Under the pieces are notes generated by a model. That model had not been told where the DNA came from and searched no databases. It saw only the letters and a list, made by a program, of their open reading frames with translations. This document shows positions 29,916-38,984 of a stretch of DNA of 64,000 nucleotides, piece by piece. Every line of letters begins with the position of its first letter. Position 1 is the stretch's first letter. The translations under genes and the position numbers were made by a program. The stretch is from Gammaproteobacteria bacterium (GTDB taxonomy: Bacteria; Pseudomonadota; Gammaproteobacteria; GCA-001735895), in the NCBI GenBank assembly GCA_050295575.1, contig JBNKPX010000001.1, forward strand, positions 28,884-92,883, written 5' to 3'.

Positions 29916-31034
29916 TTACGATATCAGAGTGCTGATTTGAGCCTGCAAAGGGTCTGTTAGCGGTTTTAATTTTTTACGCATTACCGAACCCAATGCATCA
30001 GAAACCCCAAAAATCGGGTTGAGTGTCACTTCGCCCATCTGCGCGAGTATCAGCATAGCGCGGATTTGATCCTGATATTCCCCTGCCAACCTGATACAGG
30101 CCTGTAATTGCTCATCGCTGCTTTCAATTATCCAGTTTTTGGCAATTCTTTCCGCTTCTGCAAAATCTCTTTGCTTGATCGCTGATAAAGGTAATTCAGC
30201 ATGATAAGTACTGATCGCATGGAACATTGAAACAATGGTTTCCTGACTTGCAGCTTTATCGATTACCTGATTTACCGTTTTGAGAAAAGCCTGTCCAGCG
30301 GCGCTAAAGTAACGCTTGAGCTGTAATGCGTAAGCATTGCCCGCTTCGATGAGCGGATTTAGCGTAGCGAGTAATTCAGCGTATCTGACATGCTCGGGTA
30401 TCGCTTCAGGCAAATCATCCGGCATGCTATGTAAAAAGCCTACATACAGGCTTTGCTTACGTTTTGCCCGCTTCCATAAATCTTCAACCTCTTCGGGTTT
30501 GAGTAACTGCCGCTGCAGGCAGAGTCGTACCGAGTCAATCATATCCCGGTGTTCCACTTCAAATGGCAGAAACTCCAGCAGAAATTCGGCCAGTTCACGA
30601 CCCAGAGGCGACTCGACAATCTCACTTTTTTCCAGTAAACGGCGCGCATTATCCGCCGATGGATACGCCCACCAGGCATGTTGTGCAATCTCGGGGGACA
30701 GGCTGGGCGCATGCACCACCGCTACCACGGCCTCGGGTTCACCCAGCAGCAGTAATTGCGCAAGACTCTCTTCACGGCGCTCCTGCCCCATACGTGTCCA
30801 GCGTTTGATGTAAACAGGATACCCACCAGGTGAGCCCATGATCTTGCTGGATAACAGCTCCTTCACAATCTTAATGTACTTTTCATCCTTGCAGTTGGGG
30901 TTCAACTGAACCTTAACATCGCCTTTTGCGGTCAATGCATAGACAATCATTCTGGATTCATCAATGCGCACGGCTTTAAGGTCCTGCGCCAGCAGCACGT
31001 TTAATCGCAGGTTGTCTTCGTTGGATAGCTGCAT
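29916..31034 (-). CDS. hypothetical alpha-helical protein (372 aa), co-oriented upstream of cysG
   Basis: Long ORF with coding-like composition, flanked by repeat copy B upstream and cysG downstream. No family was recognised. Confidence 0.5.
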   Translation of the reverse strand: MQLSNEDNLRLNVLLAQDLKAVRIDESRMIVYALTAKGDVKVQLNPNCKDEKYIKIVKELLSSKIMGSPGGYPVYIKRWTRMGQERREESLAQLLLLGEPEAVVAVVHAPSLSPEIAQHAWWAYPSADNARRLLEKSEIVESPLGRELAEFLLEFLPFEVEHRDMIDSVRLCLQRQLLKPEEVEDLWKRAKRKQSLYVGFLHSMPDDLPEAIPEHVRYAELLATLNPLIEAGNAYALQLKRYFSAAGQAFLKTVNQVIDKAASQETIVSMFHAISTYHAELPLSAIKQRDFAEAERIAKNWIIESSDEQLQACIRLAGEYQDQIRAMLILAQMGEVTLNPIFGVSDALGSVMRKKLKPLTDPLQAQISTLIS

Positions 31035-31048
31035 ACTTTATTTATTAT

Positions 31049-31259
31049 TCACGAAAGTTATTAACCACGAAGGACACGAAGATCACGAAGGAAAATATTC
31101 TTATTCATACTTTTCAAACTCTGAGTCCTCTGTGATCTCTGTGGTTTAAATTATCTTTTTTAGCCCAAGAAAACGAACGGGCGATAATAATTACAGACTA
31201 TTTTTTTAAAACCACCAACAAACACACCCTTCGTGCTCTTCGTGTGCTTCGTGGTTAAT
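31049..31259 (+). repeat. intergenic repeat copy B (about 210 bp) with 33-bp imperfect terminal inverted repeats of 'cacgaag' heptamers
   Basis: Left 'attaaccacgaaggacacgaagatcacgaagg' against right 'cccttcgtgctcttcgtgtgcttcgtggttaat' (31/33 complementary). The body is about 85% identical to copy A. Confidence 0.7.
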
Positions 31260-31263
31260 TTTA

Positions 31264-32646
31264 TTAATTCAACTGAATCCGCTCCCCCCAGGGAACAGAT
31301 TTACGGCCTTTCACCAGCCAGATACTGGGATAGCTGGATTCGTATTCGGGAAACTTGCCTTCGGCATCGGTAAAGTAAATCAACAGGTCGGGACGAATAT
31401 CGTTTTCTTCCACCCATTCAAACACCGGACAGAAATCGGTACTGCCACCACCTATAACTCTCTGTGGTAACTGGCAATGCTCCCAGGCCTCGAAGGTCCA
31501 GGGGCTTTCTCCAGTGATTTTCGAGTCGCAGGTGATCAGGGTAACTCTAGATCTTACCTGCGCTTTTAGTGAATCTACCTCAGCTATAAATTCGTTTAAT
31601 TCATCCTGCTTAATCGACCCACTCACATCAACGGCCACCACTACATTCATCTGTGGGCTACGCAGGCTGGGATAGATCGCAGGATCACCACGTCGACTGG
31701 ATGGGCGGGTATAGCTGTAATCATCGCGCGCGATACTGTTCATATAGCGCGCCAGTAACACTCGCCAGGGCAAGGTAGGCTGTAGAAAGAAGTCAATCAT
31801 GCGAGCCATGCCTTCAGCCAGCTTACCTGCCTGTTGTGCCTGTTGTGCGGCGCCTGCCAGACGTTGCTGCCATTGCACCTGTAATTCGTCTTTTTCGCCT
31901 TCAGTTAAAGGCTCTGGTTGAGCAGTTTGAGACGGTTGCTCTGTTGCTTCAGTAGGATTCGGATGCTGCAGCTCTTCATCAGCATTATGTTTGGGCAAAC
32001 CTGATTTCTGTTGTTCTGGATCATGATCTCTATCCTGCCCCTGTCCTTCAGATTCGGAGGGTTTATCACCAGAAGACTTTTGCTCCTGTGGCTGTTCTCC
32101 CTGCCCCTCACCTCCTGACTCGGTTTTTTTGTCCTTCTGTTCAAGTGGATTTTGTTGCTTGTCCTGTCCACCTTCGCTGGTTTGATCCTGTTTGTCGTAG
32201 AGGTGTTGATCAAGTGTCTCTGAATGGTCGTTATCCTTGATCAGAGGATATATCTCTTCTGCAGTCATACCCTTGTACTCTTTCATCACCAAAGAGCCTG
32301 GTGGCGCTGTCAGGCCTTCGTCAAGCAGGATGGGGTTGATGGCATAATCACAGGCGATATCCCAGCGATGCTTAATACGATGACCACGCCGTGCAAAATG
32401 CGATAAGGCACAGTGTAGTGCTTCGTGAGCCAGTACAAACTGGGTTTCATCGTTCTTTAATGCTTCGATATATTCAGGGTTGTAATAAAACTTGCGCGCA
32501 TCGGTGCCAGTGGTTGGACACCATGCAGGGTCTGCTGCCTGCAACGGCAGGCGTAACACTAGCGCGCCCAGAAAGGGTTTATCCAGAATCAGACGCGTGC
32601 GTGCTGCACTGAGTTTATTTTCAATTGCTTCCAGTGGTTCCTGCAC
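31264..32646 (-). CDS. VWA-domain protein with an N-terminal DUF2201_N-type putative metallopeptidase domain (HExxH) and an acidic low-complexity linker
   Basis: 'LAHEALHCALSH' is an HExxH motif. The Q/E/D/G-rich linker 'QTSEGGQDKQQNPLEQKDKKTESGGEGQGEQPQEQKSSGDKPSESEGQGQDRDHDPEQQ' follows. The C-terminal VWA region has the MIDAS-like 'VVAVDVSGSI'. This is the COG3864-type partner of MoxR ATPases. Confidence 0.75.
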   Translation of the reverse strand: MQEPLEAIENKLSAARTRLILDKPFLGALVLRLPLQAADPAWCPTTGTDARKFYYNPEYIEALKNDETQFVLAHEALHCALSHFARRGHRIKHRWDIACDYAINPILLDEGLTAPPGSLVMKEYKGMTAEEIYPLIKDNDHSETLDQHLYDKQDQTSEGGQDKQQNPLEQKDKKTESGGEGQGEQPQEQKSSGDKPSESEGQGQDRDHDPEQQKSGLPKHNADEELQHPNPTEATEQPSQTAQPEPLTEGEKDELQVQWQQRLAGAAQQAQQAGKLAEGMARMIDFFLQPTLPWRVLLARYMNSIARDDYSYTRPSSRRGDPAIYPSLRSPQMNVVVAVDVSGSIKQDELNEFIAEVDSLKAQVRSRVTLITCDSKITGESPWTFEAWEHCQLPQRVIGGGSTDFCPVFEWVEENDIRPDLLIYFTDAEGKFPEYESSYPSIWLVKGRKSVPWGERIQLN

Positions 32647-32657
32647 AACGAGACGAC

Positions 32658-33701
32658 TTAATCGTAAAGGATGAGATCAGCAATCGAATCCGCCCATTCG
32701 GCGAATTGAGCGACCTCAAACAGATCGTTACCGATGGCTCGATGCATATCCGAAACCAGCATCACCCCCATTTCACGCTGAGGAAAACAGCTCGCGTACT
32801 TGAGGATATTGCCAAATACTGTGGATGCCTGATCACTGCCCTGAGCGCGTATGGCTCGGCCCACCAAAGCGGAGGCAACCGCATATTGAAGATCGATTTC
32901 ATCCGGGGCCTTGCTATCTTCTCCGCTAATGATCTTATCCAGATCCGGCATTTGATCCAAACTATCGATAAAGGCATGGCACTCAATACCCGCAGCCTGT
33001 CCGACACAGGCCTGTAGAGAGCCCAGTAAAAGATCTGGAAAGTCGATGAATTTCTGTAGGGCACGATGAGCATATTCCCAGGACCTTGGTGATGGGAAGG
33101 CAACCGGATTATGAGCGGGGTCAAAATCGAACAGTAATTCAGGGCGGAAACGTAAAAAACCGATAATACGTTCATCGATACCATTGCGATAAGCCCAGGC
33201 TACCCAGTCATCCAGATTGAGGTCGATCTGGTAATGCGAAAAACGGTTGGCTAAAGGTGCAGGCATGGCATAGGTAACACCGCGGTCGCCCTGTCGATTA
33301 CCCGCTGCAAAGATCGCCCAGCCCGGGGGTACCTGATAATTACCCAGTCGTCGATCCAGTATCAACTGGTAGGCGGCGGCAGAAACCGAAGGTGCTGCTG
33401 AATTGATTTCATCCAGAAACAATATGCCTGCCTCGCCATGTTGCTTTGCATCAGGCAACATAGAAGGCACGGCCCATTCGACCTTGTCATCTAGCTTGAA
33501 GGGAATACCGCGCAGGTCACTAGGTTCCATTTGCGATAATCGAATATCGATGACCGGTAGATCATGACGCTCGCCTATCTGCAGGATAATCTGTGATTTT
33601 CCAACCCCTGGGGGCCCCCACAGCATTACCGGGGTGTGGTGTCCTTTCTGTGTACTTAGAACCTCTTCATTGAGTACTCTGGCAAGATGAGCTGGACGCA
33701 T
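32658..33701 (-). CDS. MoxR-family AAA+ ATPase (AAA_5 / CbbQ-NorQ-like)
   Basis: Walker A 'GPPGVGKSQI', Walker B 'ILFLDEINSAAP' and sensor regions are present; length 347 aa. The gene starts 12 bp upstream of the VWA gene. Confidence 0.8.
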   Translation of the reverse strand: MRPAHLARVLNEEVLSTQKGHHTPVMLWGPPGVGKSQIILQIGERHDLPVIDIRLSQMEPSDLRGIPFKLDDKVEWAVPSMLPDAKQHGEAGILFLDEINSAAPSVSAAAYQLILDRRLGNYQVPPGWAIFAAGNRQGDRGVTYAMPAPLANRFSHYQIDLNLDDWVAWAYRNGIDERIIGFLRFRPELLFDFDPAHNPVAFPSPRSWEYAHRALQKFIDFPDLLLGSLQACVGQAAGIECHAFIDSLDQMPDLDKIISGEDSKAPDEIDLQYAVASALVGRAIRAQGSDQASTVFGNILKYASCFPQREMGVMLVSDMHRAIGNDLFEVAQFAEWADSIADLILYD

Positions 33702-34126
33702 TAAAAGCCTGCCCTGGCGTACAGTTCTTTAGCCTTTTCCTTGTCCTGTTCGACACCATTGCCTTCATCGTACATCATTGCCAGTGTGGTCAAAGACCCT
33801 ACCAGCCCCTGATCAGCGGCTTTAGTAAACCATTCGATGGCTTTCTGACTATCTTTTTCGACACAGTCGCCTTCCATATACATAAAACCCAGCCCATGCT
33901 GAGCCACCGCATGGCCCTGCTCGGCTGCAGTCTTCATCCAGTTGAAGGCTTCATCCGGTTTACGAACCATACCCAAACCATTCTGGTACATGATAGCCAC
34001 CCTGTGCTGGGCATCCGGATCGCCCTTCTCGGCAAATGGCACCAGAAACTGAGCGGCTCTTGCGAACTCTTTGGCTTCGAAAGCGGACATGCCGCTGATG
34101 AAATTCATATCGTTATCGCTAGGCAT
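33701..34126 (-). CDS. Sel1-repeat (SLR / TPR-like) protein
   Basis: Three or four Sel1 repeats ('AQHRVAIMYQNGLGMVRKPDEAFNWMKTAAEQGHAVAQHGLGFMYMEGDCVEKDSQKAIEWF..'). Its stop overlaps the MoxR start at 33701. Confidence 0.75.
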   Translation of the reverse strand: MPSDNDMNFISGMSAFEAKEFARAAQFLVPFAEKGDPDAQHRVAIMYQNGLGMVRKPDEAFNWMKTAAEQGHAVAQHGLGFMYMEGDCVEKDSQKAIEWFTKAADQGLVGSLTTLAMMYDEGNGVEQDKEKAKELYARAGF

Positions 34127-34360
34127 AATGATTAACCTGTTATATCAGTAAAGGATAGATAATAAGCATTATTTATTGATTGTCGAATACCCCTGATGGG
34201 GCGTTTACCTACAATGCGAGCACATTATCCCCCCAATAGGGATATTAAAAACCCTACAAACTTTCTATAAAGTACGCTCATTTTTCGTAGTGTGGTTACC
34301 ATTAACAGGCAAACTACATGTTTAATCGATCTTTTATTATCTGAATCTGAGGAGATTATT

Positions 34361-34552
34361 ATGGATCAAGCTTATCGTGACGCGACCACAAAGATGGAAG
34401 AAATGGGTGTACAGGAGCAATATATCATAGGCTGGCAAGGTGGTTACCTGGGTCATCCAGAGCGTGAAGAACAGCGTGTTAATGACGCTTATGCTGCAGG
34501 TTACGAAGACGGTCAGGAAAAAAATACTGACAACTTCGAAAACTGGAAGTAA
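34361..34552 (+). CDS. small acidic hypothetical protein (63 aa)
   Basis: An RBS 'gaggag' precedes the ATG at 34361. The track ORF starts upstream at 34292. Confidence 0.35.
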   Translation: MDQAYRDATTKMEEMGVQEQYIIGWQGGYLGHPEREEQRVNDAYAAGYEDGQEKNTDNFENWK

Positions 34553-34633
34553 TTACGGATAAAAGTATTCAATAAACCAACGGAGCAGATTATCCTGCTC
34601 CGTTAGTGCATATGCTTTACTGGAATCTGAACT

Positions 34634-35203
34634 ATGGCTGGTTCTACCCTCTTTTCTGGACACTCTTCCTACCTACGTCGTTACACCCAGTTATCCGCTG
34701 ATCAACTGGCGTCTATTGACGAGTTTCTGCAACAACAACTGAAAAGCTCTTCTTCTGACGTTTTACACAAAACCCATTTTTTTCATGGGCGTTATGAGAA
34801 CATATATATCAATCGTAATAGCCACCCTGACCTCAAAGAACTGGTCAACGAAGCCCTCAATGTTGCCGCGAGTATTCTAGATATAGATGTCGATGAGCTA
34901 TGTGTTGGTTTCTGGTTTAACTACATGCCTCCTGGTCATTTGACCACCCAGCATACCCATGATGATATAGATGAACTGCTTTCTGGCGTTATCTATATAA
35001 CGGTGCCAGAGGATTCTGGCAATCTGGTACTTAACACCAAAGATGAACAGATTGAGTTGAAACCTGTGCAGGGAAACTATGTGTTTTTTGCTCCCAGCAC
35101 ACCACATTCAGTAAATGAAAATCGCTCTGACAAATCTCGATTATCCATTGGAATGAATTTTGGTCTGTGCAAAAATAGAGCCAAAGTCTTTGCTGATTTT
35201 TAA
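34634..35203 (+). CDS. 2OG-Fe(II) oxygenase superfamily protein (TIGR02466-like)
   Basis: 189 aa with the 'HTHDD...H' HxD..H iron-binding facial triad ('QHTHDDIDE', 'STPHSV'). Confidence 0.5.
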   Translation: MAGSTLFSGHSSYLRRYTQLSADQLASIDEFLQQQLKSSSSDVLHKTHFFHGRYENIYINRNSHPDLKELVNEALNVAASILDIDVDELCVGFWFNYMPPGHLTTQHTHDDIDELLSGVIYITVPEDSGNLVLNTKDEQIELKPVQGNYVFFAPSTPHSVNENRSDKSRLSIGMNFGLCKNRAKVFADF

Positions 35204-35209
35204 TTCGCC

Positions 35210-35914
35210 TCAGTTTATAAGCGAGCCGCTTTCTACCCCGATAAATCGATAACCTACTCCCGCCACCGTCTCTATATATTGTGGATTGGTGGGATCGTCT
35301 TCCAGTTTACCTCTCAAGCGACCGATAATCACTCTCAGATAATGACTATCTTCCGTGTGGTGTGGCCCCCAGATATCTCGTAGCAAATGCTGCTGGGTGA
35401 GTATTTTGCCAGGATAACTGATCAGTCTTTTCAGTAACTCATACTCTTTTTTCGACAGATGAACCTCTTCATCAGCCAGTAGCACACGGCGGTTTAACAG
35501 ATCTACTTTAAGATGTTCATCATCAAAACCGGTGGGAGGTTTTTCGATACCGGAAAAGGTTCTAAGTACAGCGCGTATGCGTGCCAGTAACTCATTCACC
35601 GCAAATGGCTTCTCGACATAATCGTTACAGCCATTATCCAGTGCCATCACCTTTTCTCGCTCACTATCGCGCACCGATAGTACGATGACGGGGCCTTTGT
35701 AAAAATCGCGCAAACCTTTCAGCACTTCCTGACCATCCATATCCGGCAGGCCTAGATCCAGTACGATCAGCTCGGGGTTTTCCAGTGCCGCCAGCTCCAG
35801 GCCAGAATGACCATCACCCGCTTCCAGGATAGAATAGCCCTGCGAGCCCAGGCTGATGTTTAAAAAGCGACGAATCTGTGGCTCGTCTTCAATTATCAGT
35901 ATGCTTGTCATCAT
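35210..35914 (-). CDS. kdpE: OmpR-family response regulator, KdpE-like
   Basis: REC domain ('ILIIEDEPQIRRFL..DLGLPDMDG') plus a winged-helix trans_reg_C domain ('IETVAGVGYRF'). It overlaps the upstream kinase by 26 bp. Confidence 0.8.
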   Translation of the reverse strand: MMTSILIIEDEPQIRRFLNISLGSQGYSILEAGDGHSGLELAALENPELIVLDLGLPDMDGQEVLKGLRDFYKGPVIVLSVRDSEREKVMALDNGCNDYVEKPFAVNELLARIRAVLRTFSGIEKPPTGFDDEHLKVDLLNRRVLLADEEVHLSKKEYELLKRLISYPGKILTQQHLLRDIWGPHHTEDSHYLRVIIGRLRGKLEDDPTNPQYIETVAGVGYRFIGVESGSLIN

Positions 35915-37409
35915 TGGTTTCCTGAGCGGATTGTCGAGCCTCTTTAAGCGGGAGTGAAATTCTTAAGGTAGTGCCTTCTTCGCTACTGCTCTGAATCACC
36001 GAAGCAAGCCCACCATGCGCACCGAGTATACCCTGGCAGATGGCCAGACCTAGCCCCGTGCCTGCTGAGTCCTGATCTCCATGCGCAAAGGTGAAGAACA
36101 TATCAAAAATACTATTCCAGCTATCTTGTGGTATCACCGGGCCATAGTTGTGAATATCGATCTGTAATCGATCGCCTGTCGAACAGGCCTTGATGGTGAT
36201 AGAGGTATCCTTCGGTGCGTAACGGATAGCATTCTCTAATACGTTAAAAACCGCCTGCTCTATCAGTGCTGGATGGACATGCAGCAAAGGCAGATCGGAT
36301 TGTAAATCGACCTTAATGCTACTGCCGTTGAGCAGGCTTTTACAGCGCTTGATGACAACACTGAGTATATCGTCTATACCGACCCAGTCACGATCCAGAG
36401 ATAACTCACCATGCCCCAGACGGGTCATATCCAGCAGTTTCTGAATATAGCGATTCAGGCGTTGTGCTTCACTCAGGGTATTTTGCAATAACTCTTCCTG
36501 CTGTAAGATATCCAGCGCATCATGGAGCTCGATCAGCGTAGAAACAGAACCTATCATGGTCGCCAGCGGTGTGCGTAAATCATGCGATATAGAAGACAGT
36601 AAAGCCGAACGTAACTGCTCACGCTCTTTCACCAGAGTTTCTGAACGCAACACTTCATTTAATACCACTCGACTCCATGCCAGACGTGCCAGCCCGGTAA
36701 AACCTTCCAGTTGATGCTTTTGTCCATTATCCAGTGCTGATGAAAGCTGAATCACTATCTGCCCCAGACAGTCTCCAAGACTACAGAAGGCAATCAACAC
36801 AGATTGATTGTGTATAACGAGCAATACCTCTGCCACCGAATCGCTACTTTCAGGCACTGATTCATGCAACGGAACCGGAAGCTCACCACAAAGCAATCGA
36901 AATTCATCTGTCGCATTGTCTCGATATAAAACAACGCTATTAATGTCAAAACTGGTTTGCAGATGTTGCTCCAGAATCCTGATCACCGACTCACCATTAA
37001 CACAACTGGATAGCTCCTCAGCCAGCATCATTTGTTGCTTGTTCCAGCGATCGCTATCCTCCAGTGCAACTACCTGTTCGCGTAAACGTGCTGCCAGATG
37101 CCCGGTAACGAAGGCTACCAGCATAAACAGTGCAATGGTCAGGATATCCTGCTGATGCACCATATAAAAACTGAAGTGCGGCTCAAAATGGAAAAAGTTA
37201 TACGCCAGAAAGCTCAATACAGCGCAGGCCAGGGCTGGTTTAACACGGGTAAATACAGCAGTAAATAAAACTCCAGCCAGGTAAATCATGGAGTAATGCG
37301 CTTTGGGCAAGATAGGCGATAATGCCCAGGAAATTAATGTGGCCAGCAAAGGTGTTAGCCAGGGCATCACCCAGAAAAGAATTCTATCGCGTGCGGAGTA
37401 AGGGTGCAT
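35889..37409 (-). CDS. KdpD-like sensor histidine kinase lacking the N-terminal KdpD/Usp cytoplasmic sensor (membrane domain + GAF-like + HisKA + HATPase only)
   Basis: 506 aa starting directly with a four-TM DUF4118-like block. HisKA 'SHDLRTPLATMIG' and HATPase '[12 protein letters not shown]' follow. Canonical KdpD is about 890 aa. Confidence 0.8.
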   Translation of the reverse strand: MHPYSARDRILFWVMPWLTPLLATLISWALSPILPKAHYSMIYLAGVLFTAVFTRVKPALACAVLSFLAYNFFHFEPHFSFYMVHQQDILTIALFMLVAFVTGHLAARLREQVVALEDSDRWNKQQMMLAEELSSCVNGESVIRILEQHLQTSFDINSVVLYRDNATDEFRLLCGELPVPLHESVPESSDSVAEVLLVIHNQSVLIAFCSLGDCLGQIVIQLSSALDNGQKHQLEGFTGLARLAWSRVVLNEVLRSETLVKEREQLRSALLSSISHDLRTPLATMIGSVSTLIELHDALDILQQEELLQNTLSEAQRLNRYIQKLLDMTRLGHGELSLDRDWVGIDDILSVVIKRCKSLLNGSSIKVDLQSDLPLLHVHPALIEQAVFNVLENAIRYAPKDTSITIKACSTGDRLQIDIHNYGPVIPQDSWNSIFDMFFTFAHGDQDSAGTGLGLAICQGILGAHGGLASVIQSSSEEGTTLRISLPLKEARQSAQETNDDKHTDN

Positions 37410-37416
37410 GGCCTGC

Positions 37417-38874
37417 TTATCGCTTCCAGAAAACTGTAGAGAATAATACGATTACACTCAACAGTTCCAGTCGTCCAAGAATCATTGCAAAAGATAGTGT
37501 CCATTTTGCGCTATCAGGCAGCGGTGCAAAGTTGCCCGCAGGACCGATAATATCCCCTAAACCTGGGCCAACATTGGTTAAGGCAGTCACAGAACCGGTA
37601 AAACTGGTGACAAAGTCCACTCCAAATGCCGTTAGCAATAATGTGGTGATCGCCAGCGCAATAAAGAACATAAAGGAAAAGGCAATCGCCGATGCGGTGA
37701 TGTCGTCTTCGATGCGTTTGCCATTATATTTGATCAGAAATATGCCATGTGGATGGACCTGTTTCTTTAACTGGTTTAAAAGAAATAGAAAAGATAGCTG
37801 AAAGCGGAATACCTTCATCCCGCCACTGGTAGAACCCGAGCAGCCACCGATAAAGGTCACGATAAAAAACAATGCAATACTGAATTGCCCCCAGTGGGTA
37901 TAATCAGAAGAAGCATATCCAGTCGTAGTGATTACCGATGTGATATTAAATGCCGCCTGAGTCAGGGCCTCAAACGGAGGCAAGGTGTTTACCGACATCA
38001 ACTGCAGCGTCAATAAAGCAATGATGCTAGCGGTTATCAGTAAGAATCCCATGACCTGTTGATCGACCCGGTGATGTATAGAGCGAGTGGTAAAATAGCG
38101 GATAAAAAAGGTTAAAGGCAGTGCACCTGCCATCATGAAGATTACCGATATCCATAGTATTATGGGGCCGAAGCGCGCCATAGAGCGATCATCAGTCGCA
38201 TAGCCACCGGTTGAAACCGTCGTCATCGCATGATTCACGGCATCAAAGATCGACATTCCTCCCATCCAGTAACTCACTGCACATAACAGGGTAATTAACA
38301 GATAACTGAGCAGTAAGGCTCGCGCCAGACCGTGAAACTTGGGCAGAGATTTTTCAGACCAGTCAGATGATTCGGTCTGGAATAGCTTCATCCCCCCTAT
38401 CTGTAAAAAAGGCAGAATCGAAACCGCCATCCCTATCACGCCCAGGCCACCGACCCATTGTAGTAAAGAGCGCCACAAAAGTATGCTACGTGGCAGGGTT
38501 TGCAGATGGCTCATCACCGTTGAGCCCGTTGTGGTAATCCCTGAAACCGATTCAAATACCGCATCAACCAGCGACAGGGGGTGATGTGCGAAAACAAGCG
38601 GCAATGAGCCCGCAAGCGACAGCAGTATCCAGCTAAAAGTAGTGAGTAGATATAGCTGACGGGTAGCCAGTGTGATTCTGGATGAGCTGAATAGCAGGAT
38701 CAGGGTTAAACCTGTAACGGCCGTTACTGCCGCAGAATCAAGAAAAGGCTGTAACTCCTGATCATGGGTGAAATAGGCAAATCCAGCGGGCAGCAACATT
38801 AATGCGGCCATAATTAAGGCCAATATCCCACAAATGTAGAGGATAGGCCGTAAAAGCTTAATCATCGCAATCAA
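37417..38874 (-). CDS. trkH: TrkH/KtrB-family potassium transporter
   Basis: 485 aa of polytopic membrane protein with repeated selectivity-filter-like glycine motifs ('TGFTT'-type 'TTTGST', 'STGGYA', 'TTTGYA', 'SGSTSGGMK'). Confidence 0.85.
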   Translation of the reverse strand: MIAMIKLLRPILYICGILALIMAALMLLPAGFAYFTHDQELQPFLDSAAVTAVTGLTLILLFSSSRITLATRQLYLLTTFSWILLSLAGSLPLVFAHHPLSLVDAVFESVSGITTTGSTVMSHLQTLPRSILLWRSLLQWVGGLGVIGMAVSILPFLQIGGMKLFQTESSDWSEKSLPKFHGLARALLLSYLLITLLCAVSYWMGGMSIFDAVNHAMTTVSTGGYATDDRSMARFGPIILWISVIFMMAGALPLTFFIRYFTTRSIHHRVDQQVMGFLLITASIIALLTLQLMSVNTLPPFEALTQAAFNITSVITTTGYASSDYTHWGQFSIALFFIVTFIGGCSGSTSGGMKVFRFQLSFLFLLNQLKKQVHPHGIFLIKYNGKRIEDDITASAIAFSFMFFIALAITTLLLTAFGVDFVTSFTGSVTALTNVGPGLGDIIGPAGNFAPLPDSAKWTLSFAMILGRLELLSVIVLFSTVFWKR

Positions 38875-38984
38875 TACCTGAATAATTTCAGGTTATATGA
38901 TTCAACTTTTTGGCGTTAAAAATCTATATGCGAAACGATACTAAAGCGTAAAATTTGCGTAAAAATTGATTCAAAAGTCAGGCA

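Noticed and set aside
27400-31260. Possible CRISPR array, given the many short direct repeats ('cacgaag') and repeated about 210-bp units
   Set aside because: The heptamers are arranged as inverted terminal arrays, not as regularly spaced 25-40-bp repeats with unique spacers. No cas genes are nearby. The pattern fits MITE-like or intergenic repeat elements instead.
35889-37409. Annotation as a full-length osmosensitive K+ channel sensor kinase KdpD
   Set aside because: The ORF is only 506 aa and begins in the membrane domain. The upstream sequence belongs to trkH (stop at 37417), so the N-terminal KdpD/Usp domain is truly absent rather than mis-called.
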